Positions 18,423-27,827 of a stretch of DNA of 64,000 bases are shown here, piece after piece (the first letter of the stretch is position 1; every line of letters begins with the position of its first letter). Both the position numbers and the translations under genes were made by a program. Location of the stretch: positions 7,998 through 71,997 of the forward strand of contig CADAES010000017.1 in assembly GCA_902786975.1 (NCBI GenBank), written 5' to 3'. Below the pieces are notes generated by a model. That model did not search any database. It saw only the letters and a program-made list of their open reading frames with translations, and had not been told where the DNA came from. The stretch is from an uncultured Ruminococcus sp. GTDB taxonomy: Bacteria > Bacillota > Clostridia > Oscillospirales > Ruminococcaceae.

Positions 18423-20471
18423 TCAGATTATCCCCCGGTAGTAAAGACCTCGGGTGATGTTTTCTGTTTCAGCTTTTTTGCCTGTTTTATATGCCGAAAC
18501 TATCCGTCCAGCCTCCTCAGCGTTTTCGCCGTCAAAGCACAGCGTAACGAATGCCGCACCCCTGAAGTCTGCCAGCTTGTCCGCCATGTACAAAACGTCC
18601 GAGTTGAGTATCTCAACATACCCCTCGCCCTTTGAGCAGCGCACAGGGAACTCTCTCCCCGTCGGGTCAAAAAGCTTCTTTGTGCATTTTCCGCAGCCCA
18701 CAGCCTGCCTTATCGGGCAGTTCACCGTCAGCATCGCAGGCAGCCGCCCGTAGCCTATCACGCCCACAGGCACACTCTTTTTCAAAGCCCGTATCTGCGA
18801 GGCTTTCAGCTCGAACGAAGCCGTGACATCACTCGCTCCCAGCTCGCCCAGAAGCTTGACCGCCACGCTGTTTGTAGCATTCAGACCGAAATCGGTGTGT
18901 ACCGTCAGCCCCAAAGCCCTGCCTATGCGAAGATGTGCGATGTTTGCCGCAAGAATGTGCTTCAAGCCCCTTTGCGCCAAAGCCTCCAGCCGATGTATGA
19001 CTTTTTCCTCGTCGAACGTGAACCTCGGCAGCTGTGCCATAAGCCTGCCGCCGTAGCTTTGGATATCCGCCTTTTCGCACCCGGCAAGCGGCATTATCAC
19101 AAATTCGATGTCATTTAGCTGTATATTTTCAAGCTGCTTTTCGCTTGATATCTGTATCCTTATTCTCGGCGAACTGCACTCGCAGCCGCCGTCGAACGCC
19201 ATAATATCAACGTCTTTGAACGGCACCGACCTGTCGTTTGCCAAAGCCCTTTGTTCGTCAAGCCCCTCGCAAACCTCTCTGCGCAGAGCGTTGAGCTGTG
19301 CGGGGCTGACGTAAAGCATCTCCCCGATGTCACATTCACACCCGCCGAACTCGTATATCGTTGTGCCAAGCTTTGAAAGCTGCTTTTGCACCTGCTCGGC
19401 GGTAAGGCCCTTGTTCTGCGCCGTCTGCGGTATCTCGCCGTACACCGTGAAGCTGCTGCCGTGAGAATCCGCCGCCGAAAGGCTGACAGGGCTTCCCTGC
19501 TTTGCCGTAAAAACAAAGCTCACCGTGTCACGCTTGAACTCGCTTCGGTAAAGCTCGTGGAGCTTCGGCAGAACGCTTGCCGAAACAGCAGCGTCCTCTT
19601 TTTCACGCCGACCGAACATCCCGCTGCCCGTCTTCCCCTCAAAGTAGCCCTTTGTAAAGCCGCTTCGTGAAAACACCTCGGCAAGCCCCTTCATATCGGG
19701 GTCAAGCCCCCTGCAAGCCTTGTAACAGCTGTCGGTCGCCTTTGCCACATACTCGGGACGCTTCATCCGCCCCTCTATTTTCAGCGACGACGTGCCCGTT
19801 GAAAGCATCCTGTCCATAACGTCCAGAGTTGACATATCTTTAAGCGAAAGGTCGTACCTCTGCTCGCCCCTTACCGCACTCACCGCAAGCCTGCAAGCCT
19901 GCGCACAGAGTCCTCTGTTTGCGCTTCTTGAACCTATAAGGGCGCTCATAAAGCATTGCCCCGATACAGACATACAAAGCGCACCATGAACGAAAACTTC
20001 CGTTTCTATCCCCAGCCTTGAAAGCTCGGCAATTATCCCCTCGGGCAGCTCCCTTGAAAGCACCGCCCTTGAAAACCCAAGCTCCTTTACCGCTTCAACG
20101 CCGTTTTTAGTGTGTACCGTCATCTGCGTCGAAGCGTGTATCTCCAGCTGCGGACAGCACTTTCTGACTATCTGTGCAAGGCACAGGTCCTGCGTGATAA
20201 GTCCGTCCACGCCTATCTTTGCGGCGTAAGCGACTGCCTTTTTGCAGTCCTCCAGCTGACTGTCCAGTATCAGCGTATTTATCGCAAGGTAAAGCTTCAC
20301 CCCTCTTATGTGGCAAAGCCTCACCGCCTCTTTCAATTCCTCGTCGGAAAAGTTTGCGGCATTGGCTCTTGCAGAAAAGCTCCTGCCGCCGACATACACC
20401 GCATCACAGCCGCACCTCAGCGCCGCCTCCAGCGCCTCGGGAGAGCCTGCGGGCGAGAGTATCTCCGCCAT
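18423..20471 (-). CDS. peptidase U32 family protein
   Basis: 682 aa with the U32 N-terminal barrel (EILSPAGSPEAL...AVYVGG) and an extended C-terminus. Confidence 0.9.
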   Translation of the reverse strand: MAEILSPAGSPEALEAALRCGCDAVYVGGRSFSARANAANFSDEELKEAVRLCHIRGVKLYLAINTLILDSQLEDCKKAVAYAAKIGVDGLITQDLCLAQIVRKCCPQLEIHASTQMTVHTKNGVEAVKELGFSRAVLSRELPEGIIAELSRLGIETEVFVHGALCMSVSGQCFMSALIGSRSANRGLCAQACRLAVSAVRGEQRYDLSLKDMSTLDVMDRMLSTGTSSLKIEGRMKRPEYVAKATDSCYKACRGLDPDMKGLAEVFSRSGFTKGYFEGKTGSGMFGRREKEDAAVSASVLPKLHELYRSEFKRDTVSFVFTAKQGSPVSLSAADSHGSSFTVYGEIPQTAQNKGLTAEQVQKQLSKLGTTIYEFGGCECDIGEMLYVSPAQLNALRREVCEGLDEQRALANDRSVPFKDVDIMAFDGGCECSSPRIRIQISSEKQLENIQLNDIEFVIMPLAGCEKADIQSYGGRLMAQLPRFTFDEEKVIHRLEALAQRGLKHILAANIAHLRIGRALGLTVHTDFGLNATNSVAVKLLGELGASDVTASFELKASQIRALKKSVPVGVIGYGRLPAMLTVNCPIRQAVGCGKCTKKLFDPTGREFPVRCSKGEGYVEILNSDVLYMADKLADFRGAAFVTLCFDGENAEEAGRIVSAYKTGKKAETENITRGLYYRGII

Positions 20472-20953
20472 TATTTGCGGTTGGAGTCGCCGTTCATCTG
20501 CTGAACGGTAGGTCTGCTCAGCGGCGAGTTTATAGCCGCATTTATCTCTTTGGAGAGCATATCTCTTGCGTTCTCCACCTTGTCGTTATCGTATCTTATG
20601 ACTGTGGTGCGCTTTTTCAGCTCGGTCTGGAGCTCCTCGACCTTAGCCCTGAGTATTCTCAGCTCCTTGTTGGCTTCGTCCGCAGCCAGCCTTGCCTGTC
20701 CTGCGTCGTCAACATAGTCCTTTATCTGCGAGCGTATGTTCTCAACGTTGCGGTTTGCCTTTGTAAGCTCGTCAAGACAGTCCATCGCACAAAGCAGAGC
20801 TGCATCGAGCGAGGAAAGATTTTCGGAAGCGGACGTTATCATGTCCATTCTCCTGTTCAGCTCCCTTGCAAGCCTGATGGTGTAGTCGGGAGTTTCCGTC
20901 GATGTAAGGTTGTAGTTTCTCCCCGCAAGCTGCACCTTTACCACATTTTTCAT
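20471..20953 (-). CDS. zapA: cell division protein ZapA
   Basis: ZapA N-terminal domain (VQLAGRNYNL) plus a long C-terminal coiled coil. Confidence 0.85.
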   Translation of the reverse strand: MKNVVKVQLAGRNYNLTSTETPDYTIRLARELNRRMDMITSASENLSSLDAALLCAMDCLDELTKANRNVENIRSQIKDYVDDAGQARLAADEANKELRILRAKVEELQTELKKRTTVIRYDNDKVENARDMLSKEINAAINSPLSRPTVQQMNGDSNRK

Positions 20954-21162
20954 AATTCAAAATCCTCCGTTTCTGTTTATGGAAATTCTTTTCAAAGAGT
21001 ATAGTATACCATTTTCATTATACTACATTTCAACAGAAAAATAAAGGGTTTTGCCAAAAAAAGTACCGCCATTCCAAGTTTTTTTAATAAAAACGGCGGT
21101 TGACAGATACGCTTTGAAGTGGTAGAATGTATCAGGATATTTTTTTGATTGGAAGTTATACT

Positions 21163-22377
21163 ATGAGAACATTTGCAAAATCCACAAAACTGAACAACGT
21201 CTGCTACGATATCAGAGGCCCAGTTATGGACGAGGCGAACCGAATGATCGCAGCGGGAGAAAAGATCATCAAGCTCAACATCGGTAACCCTGCGCCGTTT
21301 GATTTCAACGCACCCGACTATATCCTCGCCGAGATGAGCGAGCATCTGCACGACGCCCAGGGCTACTCCGATTCTCACGGCATCGCCCGTGCAAGAGAGG
21401 CAATAAAGGCTTACCACGATTCAAAGGGCGTGATCGCAGCTTCTATCGACAACATATACACCGGCAACGGCGTTTCGGAGCTTATCACAATGGCTATGCA
21501 GGCGCTGCTTGACAACGGCGACGAGGTGCTCGTGCCCGCCCCCGACTATCCCCTGTGGACAGCCTCGGTAACGCTTTCGGGCGGCAACGCCGTACACTAT
21601 ATATGCGATGAATCTTCTAACTGGTACCCGGATATTGAGGATATGCGCTCCAAGATAACCGACAGGACAAAGGCGATAGTCATCATAAATCCGAACAACC
21701 CCACGGGAGCTGTTTACCCCAAGGAGCTGCTTGAACAGATAGCCCAGCTTGCAAGAGAGAATGAGCTGATACTGTTCTCCGACGAGATATACGACAGGCT
21801 TTGTATGGACGGCATACGCCACACCTCGATAGCTTCGCTCGCACCCGACCTTTTCTGCGTGACCTTCAACGGACTTTCAAAGTCCCACAAGATAGCGGGA
21901 TTCCGTGTCGGCTGGATGGTGCTCAGCGGAAACCTCGACAGAGCAAGGGGCTATATCGAGGGTATAAATATGCTCTCCTCGATGAGACTCTGCTCAAACG
22001 TTCAGAGCCAGTATGTCATAGAATATGCGCTGAAAGACTTTGACAAGGTCGATGAGATGCTGCTCCCCGGCGGACGCATCTACGAACAGAGAGAGTGCAT
22101 CTGCAAGCTTATCGACGGCATCGACGGAATGACTGCCGTAAGACCGCAGGCGGCTTTCTACATCTTCCCGAGGCTGGACAAGGAAAAGTTCAACCTCAAA
22201 AACGACGAACAGTTCGTCCTCGATTTTCTGAGGGACAAAAAGATACTGCTCACTCACGGCGGCGGCTTCCATTGGGAACAGCCCGACCACTTCCGCATCG
22301 TTTATCTCCCCAACTGCGAACAGCTCACCTACGCAATGGGCGAGATGAAGGATTTTCTCAGGACATATCATCAGTAG
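21163..22377 (+). CDS. PLP-dependent aminotransferase class I/II (AlaA-like)
   Basis: PLP-lysine context SKSHKIAGFRVGW. Start moved to MRTFAKS. Confidence 0.9.
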   Translation: MRTFAKSTKLNNVCYDIRGPVMDEANRMIAAGEKIIKLNIGNPAPFDFNAPDYILAEMSEHLHDAQGYSDSHGIARAREAIKAYHDSKGVIAASIDNIYTGNGVSELITMAMQALLDNGDEVLVPAPDYPLWTASVTLSGGNAVHYICDESSNWYPDIEDMRSKITDRTKAIVIINPNNPTGAVYPKELLEQIAQLARENELILFSDEIYDRLCMDGIRHTSIASLAPDLFCVTFNGLSKSHKIAGFRVGWMVLSGNLDRARGYIEGINMLSSMRLCSNVQSQYVIEYALKDFDKVDEMLLPGGRIYEQRECICKLIDGIDGMTAVRPQAAFYIFPRLDKEKFNLKNDEQFVLDFLRDKKILLTHGGGFHWEQPDHFRIVYLPNCEQLTYAMGEMKDFLRTYHQ

Positions 22378-22424
22378 GGCGTTTACCCCTGCTGTCGAAC
22401 GCTCATTTTTGCAAAAACAAAACA

Positions 22425-22458
22425 AACGGAGAAGTCAAGCTCGGCTTCTCCGTTTTTT
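22425..22458 (+). terminator. intrinsic terminator
   Basis: aacggagaag/cttctccgtt stem followed by TTTTT. Confidence 0.8.
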
Positions 22459-22502
22459 CGTTCAATATTTTCTTTCGGGCAATTCGATGTATATCCGAGG
22501 TG

Positions 22503-23417
22503 TCAGTAGTTTTTCAAAAGCTCGGCGAGCCTGCTCAGAACGGCATTGGCGTCAACGTCCTTGCCAATTGTGAGGCTAACGGTGGTCGCACCGTTTGACT
22601 GCTTCGCCTTCGCCTTGATGTTTGAATTGTCGTTCACGCTTATCTCAAACTCACGCAGGAACGGGTTTTCCTGCTTCACCGCTGCCCTGCTCGCCTTGCG
22701 CACGGGCTTTGAAAGAGCTGCGATGTACTGCTCGAGCTGACGCACGGACAAGCCCTTATCAGCTGCATATTTCGCACATTCAGCCTGCTTTGCGGGGTCG
22801 TTTATGCCGGCGAGCATCTTGGCGTGTCCGACGGTCAGCCTGCCCTCGTCAAGCAGCTTTGCGGCCGTGTCGCAAAGTGTGAGCAGCCTCAGCGAGTTTG
22901 CGATGACCGAGCGTGACTTCCCCACCGCCTCGGACACCTCCTGCTGCGTCATTCCGTGGACCTCCATGAGCTGCTTGTACGCCCTCGCCTCCTCAAGCGG
23001 GAGCAGGTCCTGACGCTGAACGTTCTCGATGAGCGCCAACTGCATTACCTGCCTGTCGGTCAGTTCCCTTATGTAAACAGGTATCTCCTTCAGACCCGCA
23101 AGCCTTGCCGCACGCCATCTTCTCTCGCCCGCAACGATGCGGAAACCACCGTTGTCAAGCGGCGTAACAAGAATCGGCTGCAAAACGCCGTTTTGCTTTA
23201 TGCTCTGTGAAAGCTCCTCTATCTTTTCGCTGTCGAACTCGGCTCTCGGCTGATTTTTGTTCGGCTCAACGAGCGAAATGCTCACCGTGGAAATGCCATT
23301 CGCCGCATTTTCCGGCTTTTCCGCACTCCCCTTTTCCTCGTCCGACTTCTGCGCAGGTATATAGTTGTCTGTGAACAGGTCGTCCAGACCCCTTATCATT
23401 CTTGATTTTTTTCCCAT
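22503..23417 (-). CDS. parB: chromosome partitioning protein ParB/Spo0J
   Basis: ParB box GERRWRAA and an HTH. Start at MGKKSRM with an AAAGGAAAG SD. Confidence 0.92.
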   Translation of the reverse strand: MGKKSRMIRGLDDLFTDNYIPAQKSDEEKGSAEKPENAANGISTVSISLVEPNKNQPRAEFDSEKIEELSQSIKQNGVLQPILVTPLDNGGFRIVAGERRWRAARLAGLKEIPVYIRELTDRQVMQLALIENVQRQDLLPLEEARAYKQLMEVHGMTQQEVSEAVGKSRSVIANSLRLLTLCDTAAKLLDEGRLTVGHAKMLAGINDPAKQAECAKYAADKGLSVRQLEQYIAALSKPVRKASRAAVKQENPFLREFEISVNDNSNIKAKAKQSNGATTVSLTIGKDVDANAVLSRLAELLKNY

Positions 23418-23439
23418 TTTTACTTTCCTTTCGACCAAA

Positions 23440-23455
23440 TGTTTCACGTGAAACA
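23440..23455. promoter_or_regulatory. parS centromere site
   Basis: Perfect palindrome TGTTTCACGTGAAACA, matching the Firmicutes parS consensus TGTTNCACGTGAAACA. Lies between parA and parB. Confidence 0.9.
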
Positions 23456-23456
23456 T

Positions 23457-24233
23457 TTATTTTGTTTTCTTCTTGTTCCTCTTGATAAGCTCGGCGGCAA
23501 GCTCCTCGTAAGCCTTTGCGCCCTTGGATCTCTTCTCGTAGTAGATGACAGGCTCGCCAAAGCTCGGAGCTTCGGAAATGGCGATGTTTCTCGGTATCAC
23601 CGTGTTAAGAGCCTCGTTCGGAAAATGTTTCCTGACCTCCTTGATTATCTGGTCGGTCAGCTTGTAGCGCGCCACGCACATCGTAAAAAGAATGCCCTCG
23701 ACCCGAAGCTCGCTGTTCCACGTCTTGCGCACACGTTCAACGGTCTGGTGAAGCTCGACAAGCCCCTCAAGCGACAGAAACTCGCACTGTATCGGTATCA
23801 GCACCGAGTCAGCCGCAACGAGCGCATTTATCGTGAGCATATCCAGCGTCGGCGGGCAGTCTATAAGAATGTAGTCGTAAAACTTTCTTGCATCTTCTAT
23901 GCAGGTGCGCAGTCGCATAGCTCTGTTTTCCATTGTCAGAAGCTGAACGGAAGCGCTCGCAAGATCCTGCGTCGTCGGCACGACCGACACGCCCCTGAAC
24001 GCCGAGGCAACGACAGCTTCCTGAACAGGGCACTCGCCAAGCAGAACATCATACACTGTGTTGCGTATCCTCTTTTTTGAGATACCATAGCTTGTGGTCG
24101 TGTTGCCCTGCGGGTCAAAATCTATTATAAGCACCTTTGAGCCTTTTGATCCGAAAACAGCCGCAAGATTTACGACCGTCGTGGATTTTCCGACTCCGCC
24201 TTTCTGGTTTGAAACTGCAATAACTCTACCCAT
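23457..24233 (-). CDS. parA: chromosome partitioning ATPase ParA/Soj
   Basis: Deviant Walker A KGGVGKST, 258 aa. Confidence 0.95.
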   Translation of the reverse strand: MGRVIAVSNQKGGVGKSTTVVNLAAVFGSKGSKVLIIDFDPQGNTTTSYGISKKRIRNTVYDVLLGECPVQEAVVASAFRGVSVVPTTQDLASASVQLLTMENRAMRLRTCIEDARKFYDYILIDCPPTLDMLTINALVAADSVLIPIQCEFLSLEGLVELHQTVERVRKTWNSELRVEGILFTMCVARYKLTDQIIKEVRKHFPNEALNTVIPRNIAISEAPSFGEPVIYYEKRSKGAKAYEELAAELIKRNKKKTK

Positions 24234-24332
24234 TTTATGTCACGCCCGAAAGCGTTTCCTCCTCTCGTTCTCATATCGCTTTTTATTATACAACATAATT
24301 CTGATTTTTGCAAATCTTTTTTGAAAAAACAT

Positions 24333-24348
24333 TGTTTCACGTGAAACA
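24333..24348. promoter_or_regulatory. parS centromere site (second copy)
   Basis: An identical TGTTTCACGTGAAACA in the parA/noc divergent intergenic region. Confidence 0.9.
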
Positions 24349-24514
24349 TTTTTCGGCAGAAAGCGGGAGGGGAGTGGTCGAAGCACAAGATATTGTGGGT
24401 CAAAGCTCTGAAACGCCCCGCAATTTGTCGTTATTATTGGATTTTTTCTTGGGATAAACCGTTGAGAAACGACTGCGGGTTGTGTTAAACTCAGTGAAAA
24501 GGAGCGTGAAAGCA

Positions 24515-25441
24515 ATGAGCATAATACCAAAAGCACTTACTCGTGTGTTTATAAACGAGTGCGATTACGACGAGGAGATAGGCTGCCATGACGATTTGCA
24601 GCTTGAGATGCCTCAGGAAGCGGCAGACGAAAAGCCGAGCCTCTGGGTCAAGGAGATAGGCAAGATCTTCGATATCCCAATCGCCGACATCAGAACGAAC
24701 CCCTCCCAGCCGAGAAAGGTCTTTTCTCCCGAGCAGCTGACCAGCCTCGCCAAAAGCATTTCGCAGGACGGCGTTATCCAGCCGCTTTCGGTGAGAAGGG
24801 TCGGGGGCGGGTTTGAGCTTATCTCGGGCGAAAGACGTCTGCGTGCCGCAAAAATGGCAGGCATGACGACCGTGCCCTGCATACTTATCAACGCCGACCG
24901 CAAGCGCAGCGCTGTGATGTCGCTTATCGAGAACATACAGCGCTCGCAGCTCAATTTCTTCGAGGAAGCACAGGCGCTGGACAAGCTTATAAAGACCTTC
25001 GGGCTGACACAGGAGGAGGTCGCCGTAAGGCTCGGGCTTGCACAGTCCACCGTCGCAAACAAGCTAAGGCTTCTGCGCCTCAGCAGTGAGGAGCAGCAGA
25101 GCATAATCGAAAACGGTCTTTCCGAGCGCCACGCAAGAGCGCTGCTTAGGGTAAGGGAAACACCCGTCAGAAAGGGAATACTGCTCAAAGCAATAAACGG
25201 GAACTGGACGGTCACACAGCTGGAAAGCTACATAAAAAAGCTGGAGGAGCAGGAGATACACCGCCGCTGTATCCGCAAAAGCGCCGTTATGCTGCGTGAC
25301 GTAAAAATGTTCTTCAATACGGTCAACAAGGCTGTCGATGTGATGCGTCTCGCAGGTGTGGACGCCGATACACAGCGCATCGACCACGACGACTACATAG
25401 AGTATATAATTAAAATATCCTCCAAATCCGCAGAAAATTAA
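24515..25441 (+). CDS. noc: ParB-family protein, nucleoid-occlusion (Noc)-like
   Basis: ParB box GERRLRAA and an HTH, adjacent to parAB. Start moved to MSIIPK after a GGAG SD. Confidence 0.75.
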   Translation: MSIIPKALTRVFINECDYDEEIGCHDDLQLEMPQEAADEKPSLWVKEIGKIFDIPIADIRTNPSQPRKVFSPEQLTSLAKSISQDGVIQPLSVRRVGGGFELISGERRLRAAKMAGMTTVPCILINADRKRSAVMSLIENIQRSQLNFFEEAQALDKLIKTFGLTQEEVAVRLGLAQSTVANKLRLLRLSSEEQQSIIENGLSERHARALLRVRETPVRKGILLKAINGNWTVTQLESYIKKLEEQEIHRRCIRKSAVMLRDVKMFFNTVNKAVDVMRLAGVDADTQRIDHDDYIEYIIKISSKSAEN

Positions 25442-25527
25442 AAATATCTCCTATTCATTCTGTTGACTTGACCAACGGTCAGTGTTATACTTAAACTAAC
25501 GTATTGTGGTTCTTGGGAGGTGTTTTT

Positions 25528-27186
25528 GTGAACAGACTGAAAAGAGTGCTGCTCGGTCTATCCGTGCTTGCTATGAGCATCTGTATCTTTGCAGGCTCAG
25601 ACTCGAGCCTTTCTGACATTGCAACTGCGGACGGCGACACCGTATCAGTCACGCCTTCCGACAGCGACTCACAGGCAGACTCCGGGGAAAAGAATGACCC
25701 CGCAAGTACAACTGCGCAGACCTCTGCACCCAAGCCCGCCGCTGTGACCACAACGCTCAGCAGGGAAGACTCGCTGGTCAGCATAGCTCTTGACAAGTGT
25801 ACTCTGTTCGTTCAGTCGGACAACTACATCGTTCTGAAGGACGAAAACGACCTGGAGACCGAAAGTGTCACGGTCACTCCCGACGCTGACGGCTCGCCGG
25901 TAACGATAAAGTGCAAAAACAACCAGGTCACCTTTGAACAGGACGGAAAGCAGATAACGAGCTTTTCCTATAAAGGTACGATCATCGAGTTAAGAAACGG
26001 AAGCGTTTACGCAGGCTCAAAGAAGCTTGCTTATACCGACCGTTCGTTCAACAGGGCAGAGCTGACAAAGGATCTGACCGTCGTGCTCAGCTCCGGCGGA
26101 AACTATACGCTCAGAAACGCCTCGGGCGACATCATCAACAGCTCGATAATCAGCGACGACGATGGACGTTTACTGACCATTATGACCTCTGAGGACCAGA
26201 CCGAGATGATCGTTCGCAACGAAAAGGGCACACGCATAGATTCCTTCAGGATAGGCGGAAAGCAGATAGAGATTGAAGACGAGATGATGCTTGTTGACGG
26301 AAATCTGCTCGAAAGGGCACATTCGCAGGACATCGTGACAAGCATTTCGACCAAGGCGGTACAGACCGAGTCCGAAAGCGAAACGCAGGACACCGAGCCG
26401 ACACAGCAGCCGTCCGAAACGCAGGAGTCCTCCGAAACGGAGCAGTCCACAACAGCTGAGCAGACCACATCGGCTGCACAGACCACCTCGCAAGCAGGGC
26501 AGACCACAGCGGCTTCCACAACTACAAAGGCTGCTACCGCTGCGACCACCCGCACGACCACAGCTGCGGCAACTACCACCACAAAGGCTGCAGCGACAAC
26601 GACCAAGGCTGCAACGACAACAGCAGCTACTACCAAGAGCGGTACCTCCCGCTTGTCGCTCAAACCGCTTAAGATACCGAACCACTACACCAAGATAGAG
26701 GACAAGACCTCTGAGTTTCTTGCATTGCTCAATCCTGAAAGAAAAGCATCCGGTCTGAAGCCGCTTTCGGCAAATGCGACCATTTCGCAGGCAGCGAAGA
26801 TCAGGGCTGAGGAATATGCGGCGTATCCGGGGAATAAACACAAAAGACCGAGCGAGCGTGGCGGCGGAAAGTACCACACGGTATTCAGCGACGTGATCTT
26901 CGACGGAAGAACGGGTATCCCCACATACGTTACCTACACGCAAGCCTGGGACGCAGGAGAGAACCTGCTCAACGGCTGGGGCACAGGCGCTTCGGAAACT
27001 ACGAAGCAAGCCTTTGACAAGTGGATGAATTCGCCGATACACAAGGCGAATATGTTCAAGCCAGTTTACAAGAACACGGCAGTTTATAAGGTAACACAGC
27101 AGGAAACTGTCGATGGCGTTTCAAGGACCTGGTATTACTGGGTACAGCTGTTCTACACAGATCTCGGAAGCTGGGCTATAAAGTAA
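25528..27186 (+). CDS. secreted protein with a C-terminal CAP/SCP (YkwD-like) domain
   Basis: GTG start after a GGGAGG SD, a signal peptide, a Thr/Ala-rich linker and a CAP-like C-terminus (AEEYA...GENL...H). Confidence 0.75.
   Translation: MNRLKRVLLGLSVLAMSICIFAGSDSSLSDIATADGDTVSVTPSDSDSQADSGEKNDPASTTAQTSAPKPAAVTTTLSREDSLVSIALDKCTLFVQSDNYIVLKDENDLETESVTVTPDADGSPVTIKCKNNQVTFEQDGKQITSFSYKGTIIELRNGSVYAGSKKLAYTDRSFNRAELTKDLTVVLSSGGNYTLRNASGDIINSSIISDDDGRLLTIMTSEDQTEMIVRNEKGTRIDSFRIGGKQIEIEDEMMLVDGNLLERAHSQDIVTSISTKAVQTESESETQDTEPTQQPSETQESSETEQSTTAEQTTSAAQTTSQAGQTTAASTTTKAATAATTRTTTAAATTTTKAAATTTKAATTTAATTKSGTSRLSLKPLKIPNHYTKIEDKTSEFLALLNPERKASGLKPLSANATISQAAKIRAEEYAAYPGNKHKRPSERGGGKYHTVFSDVIFDGRTGIPTYVTYTQAWDAGENLLNGWGTGASETTKQAFDKWMNSPIHKANMFKPVYKNTAVYKVTQQETVDGVSRTWYYWVQLFYTDLGSWAIK
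26362..26640 (+). repeat. low-complexity Thr/Ala/Gln/Glu-rich coding linker
   Basis: Translates to ...ETQESSETEQSTTAEQTTSAAQTT...TTTKAATTTKAATTTAATTK. Confidence 0.7.
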
Positions 27187-27220
27187 CCGCAGTCTGCGAA
27201 AACTACAATAACAACAAAAC

Positions 27221-27260
27221 AAGGCTCTCGGGAAGAACAACTCCCGGGAGCCTTTATCAT
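27221..27260. terminator. bidirectional terminator hairpin
   Basis: 13-bp stem aaggctctcggga/tcccgggagcctt (one mismatch) between convergent genes. Confidence 0.6.
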
Positions 27261-27284
27261 TGTCTGTCAATTTTATATCTCTGC

Positions 27285-27827
27285 TCAGCCTTCGCAATGA
27301 AGCTTTAAATACGCTTTTATAACGCCGAGCTGTGTCTTGGCGTCGGGCAGCTCGTTGTTCAGCGCCATTTCGTAAGCCTGCTTCAGCGGCATCTTTTTCA
27401 CATCAAGGAACTCGCCGTCGTCAAGATGCTGGTCGGAAAAGCTCAGTCCTCTCGCAAGATACATATATATCTTCTCGGTGTCGTATGCTACGGTCGGATA
27501 CAAACAGCCGAGATATTCAAAGCTCTGAGCCTGTGCGCCGACCTCCTCTTTAAGCTCACGCCGTCCGCACACCTCGGGCTGCTCACCGTATTCGAGCTTT
27601 CCCGCAGGCAGCTCGGTCAGCACCTCGCCGAACGGATACCTGAACTGCTGTACCATAAACACGTTCTCGTCCTCGTCAACTGCGGCAACACACACGCCGC
27701 CGGGGTGATGTATCACCTCACGCACAGCCTTGTAGCCGTTGTCCAGCTCAACATCGTCGCTGAAAAGCTTGACAACGATGCCGTCGTAGACCTGCTTTGA
27801 GGATATCTTAGTTTCCTTTGAGTACAT
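27285..27827 (-). CDS. NUDIX hydrolase (ADP-ribose pyrophosphatase-like)
   Basis: Nudix box GKLEYGEQPEVCGRRELKEEVG. Start moved to MYSKETK. Confidence 0.85.
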   Translation of the reverse strand: MYSKETKISSKQVYDGIVVKLFSDDVELDNGYKAVREVIHHPGGVCVAAVDEDENVFMVQQFRYPFGEVLTELPAGKLEYGEQPEVCGRRELKEEVGAQAQSFEYLGCLYPTVAYDTEKIYMYLARGLSFSDQHLDDGEFLDVKKMPLKQAYEMALNNELPDAKTQLGVIKAYLKLHCEG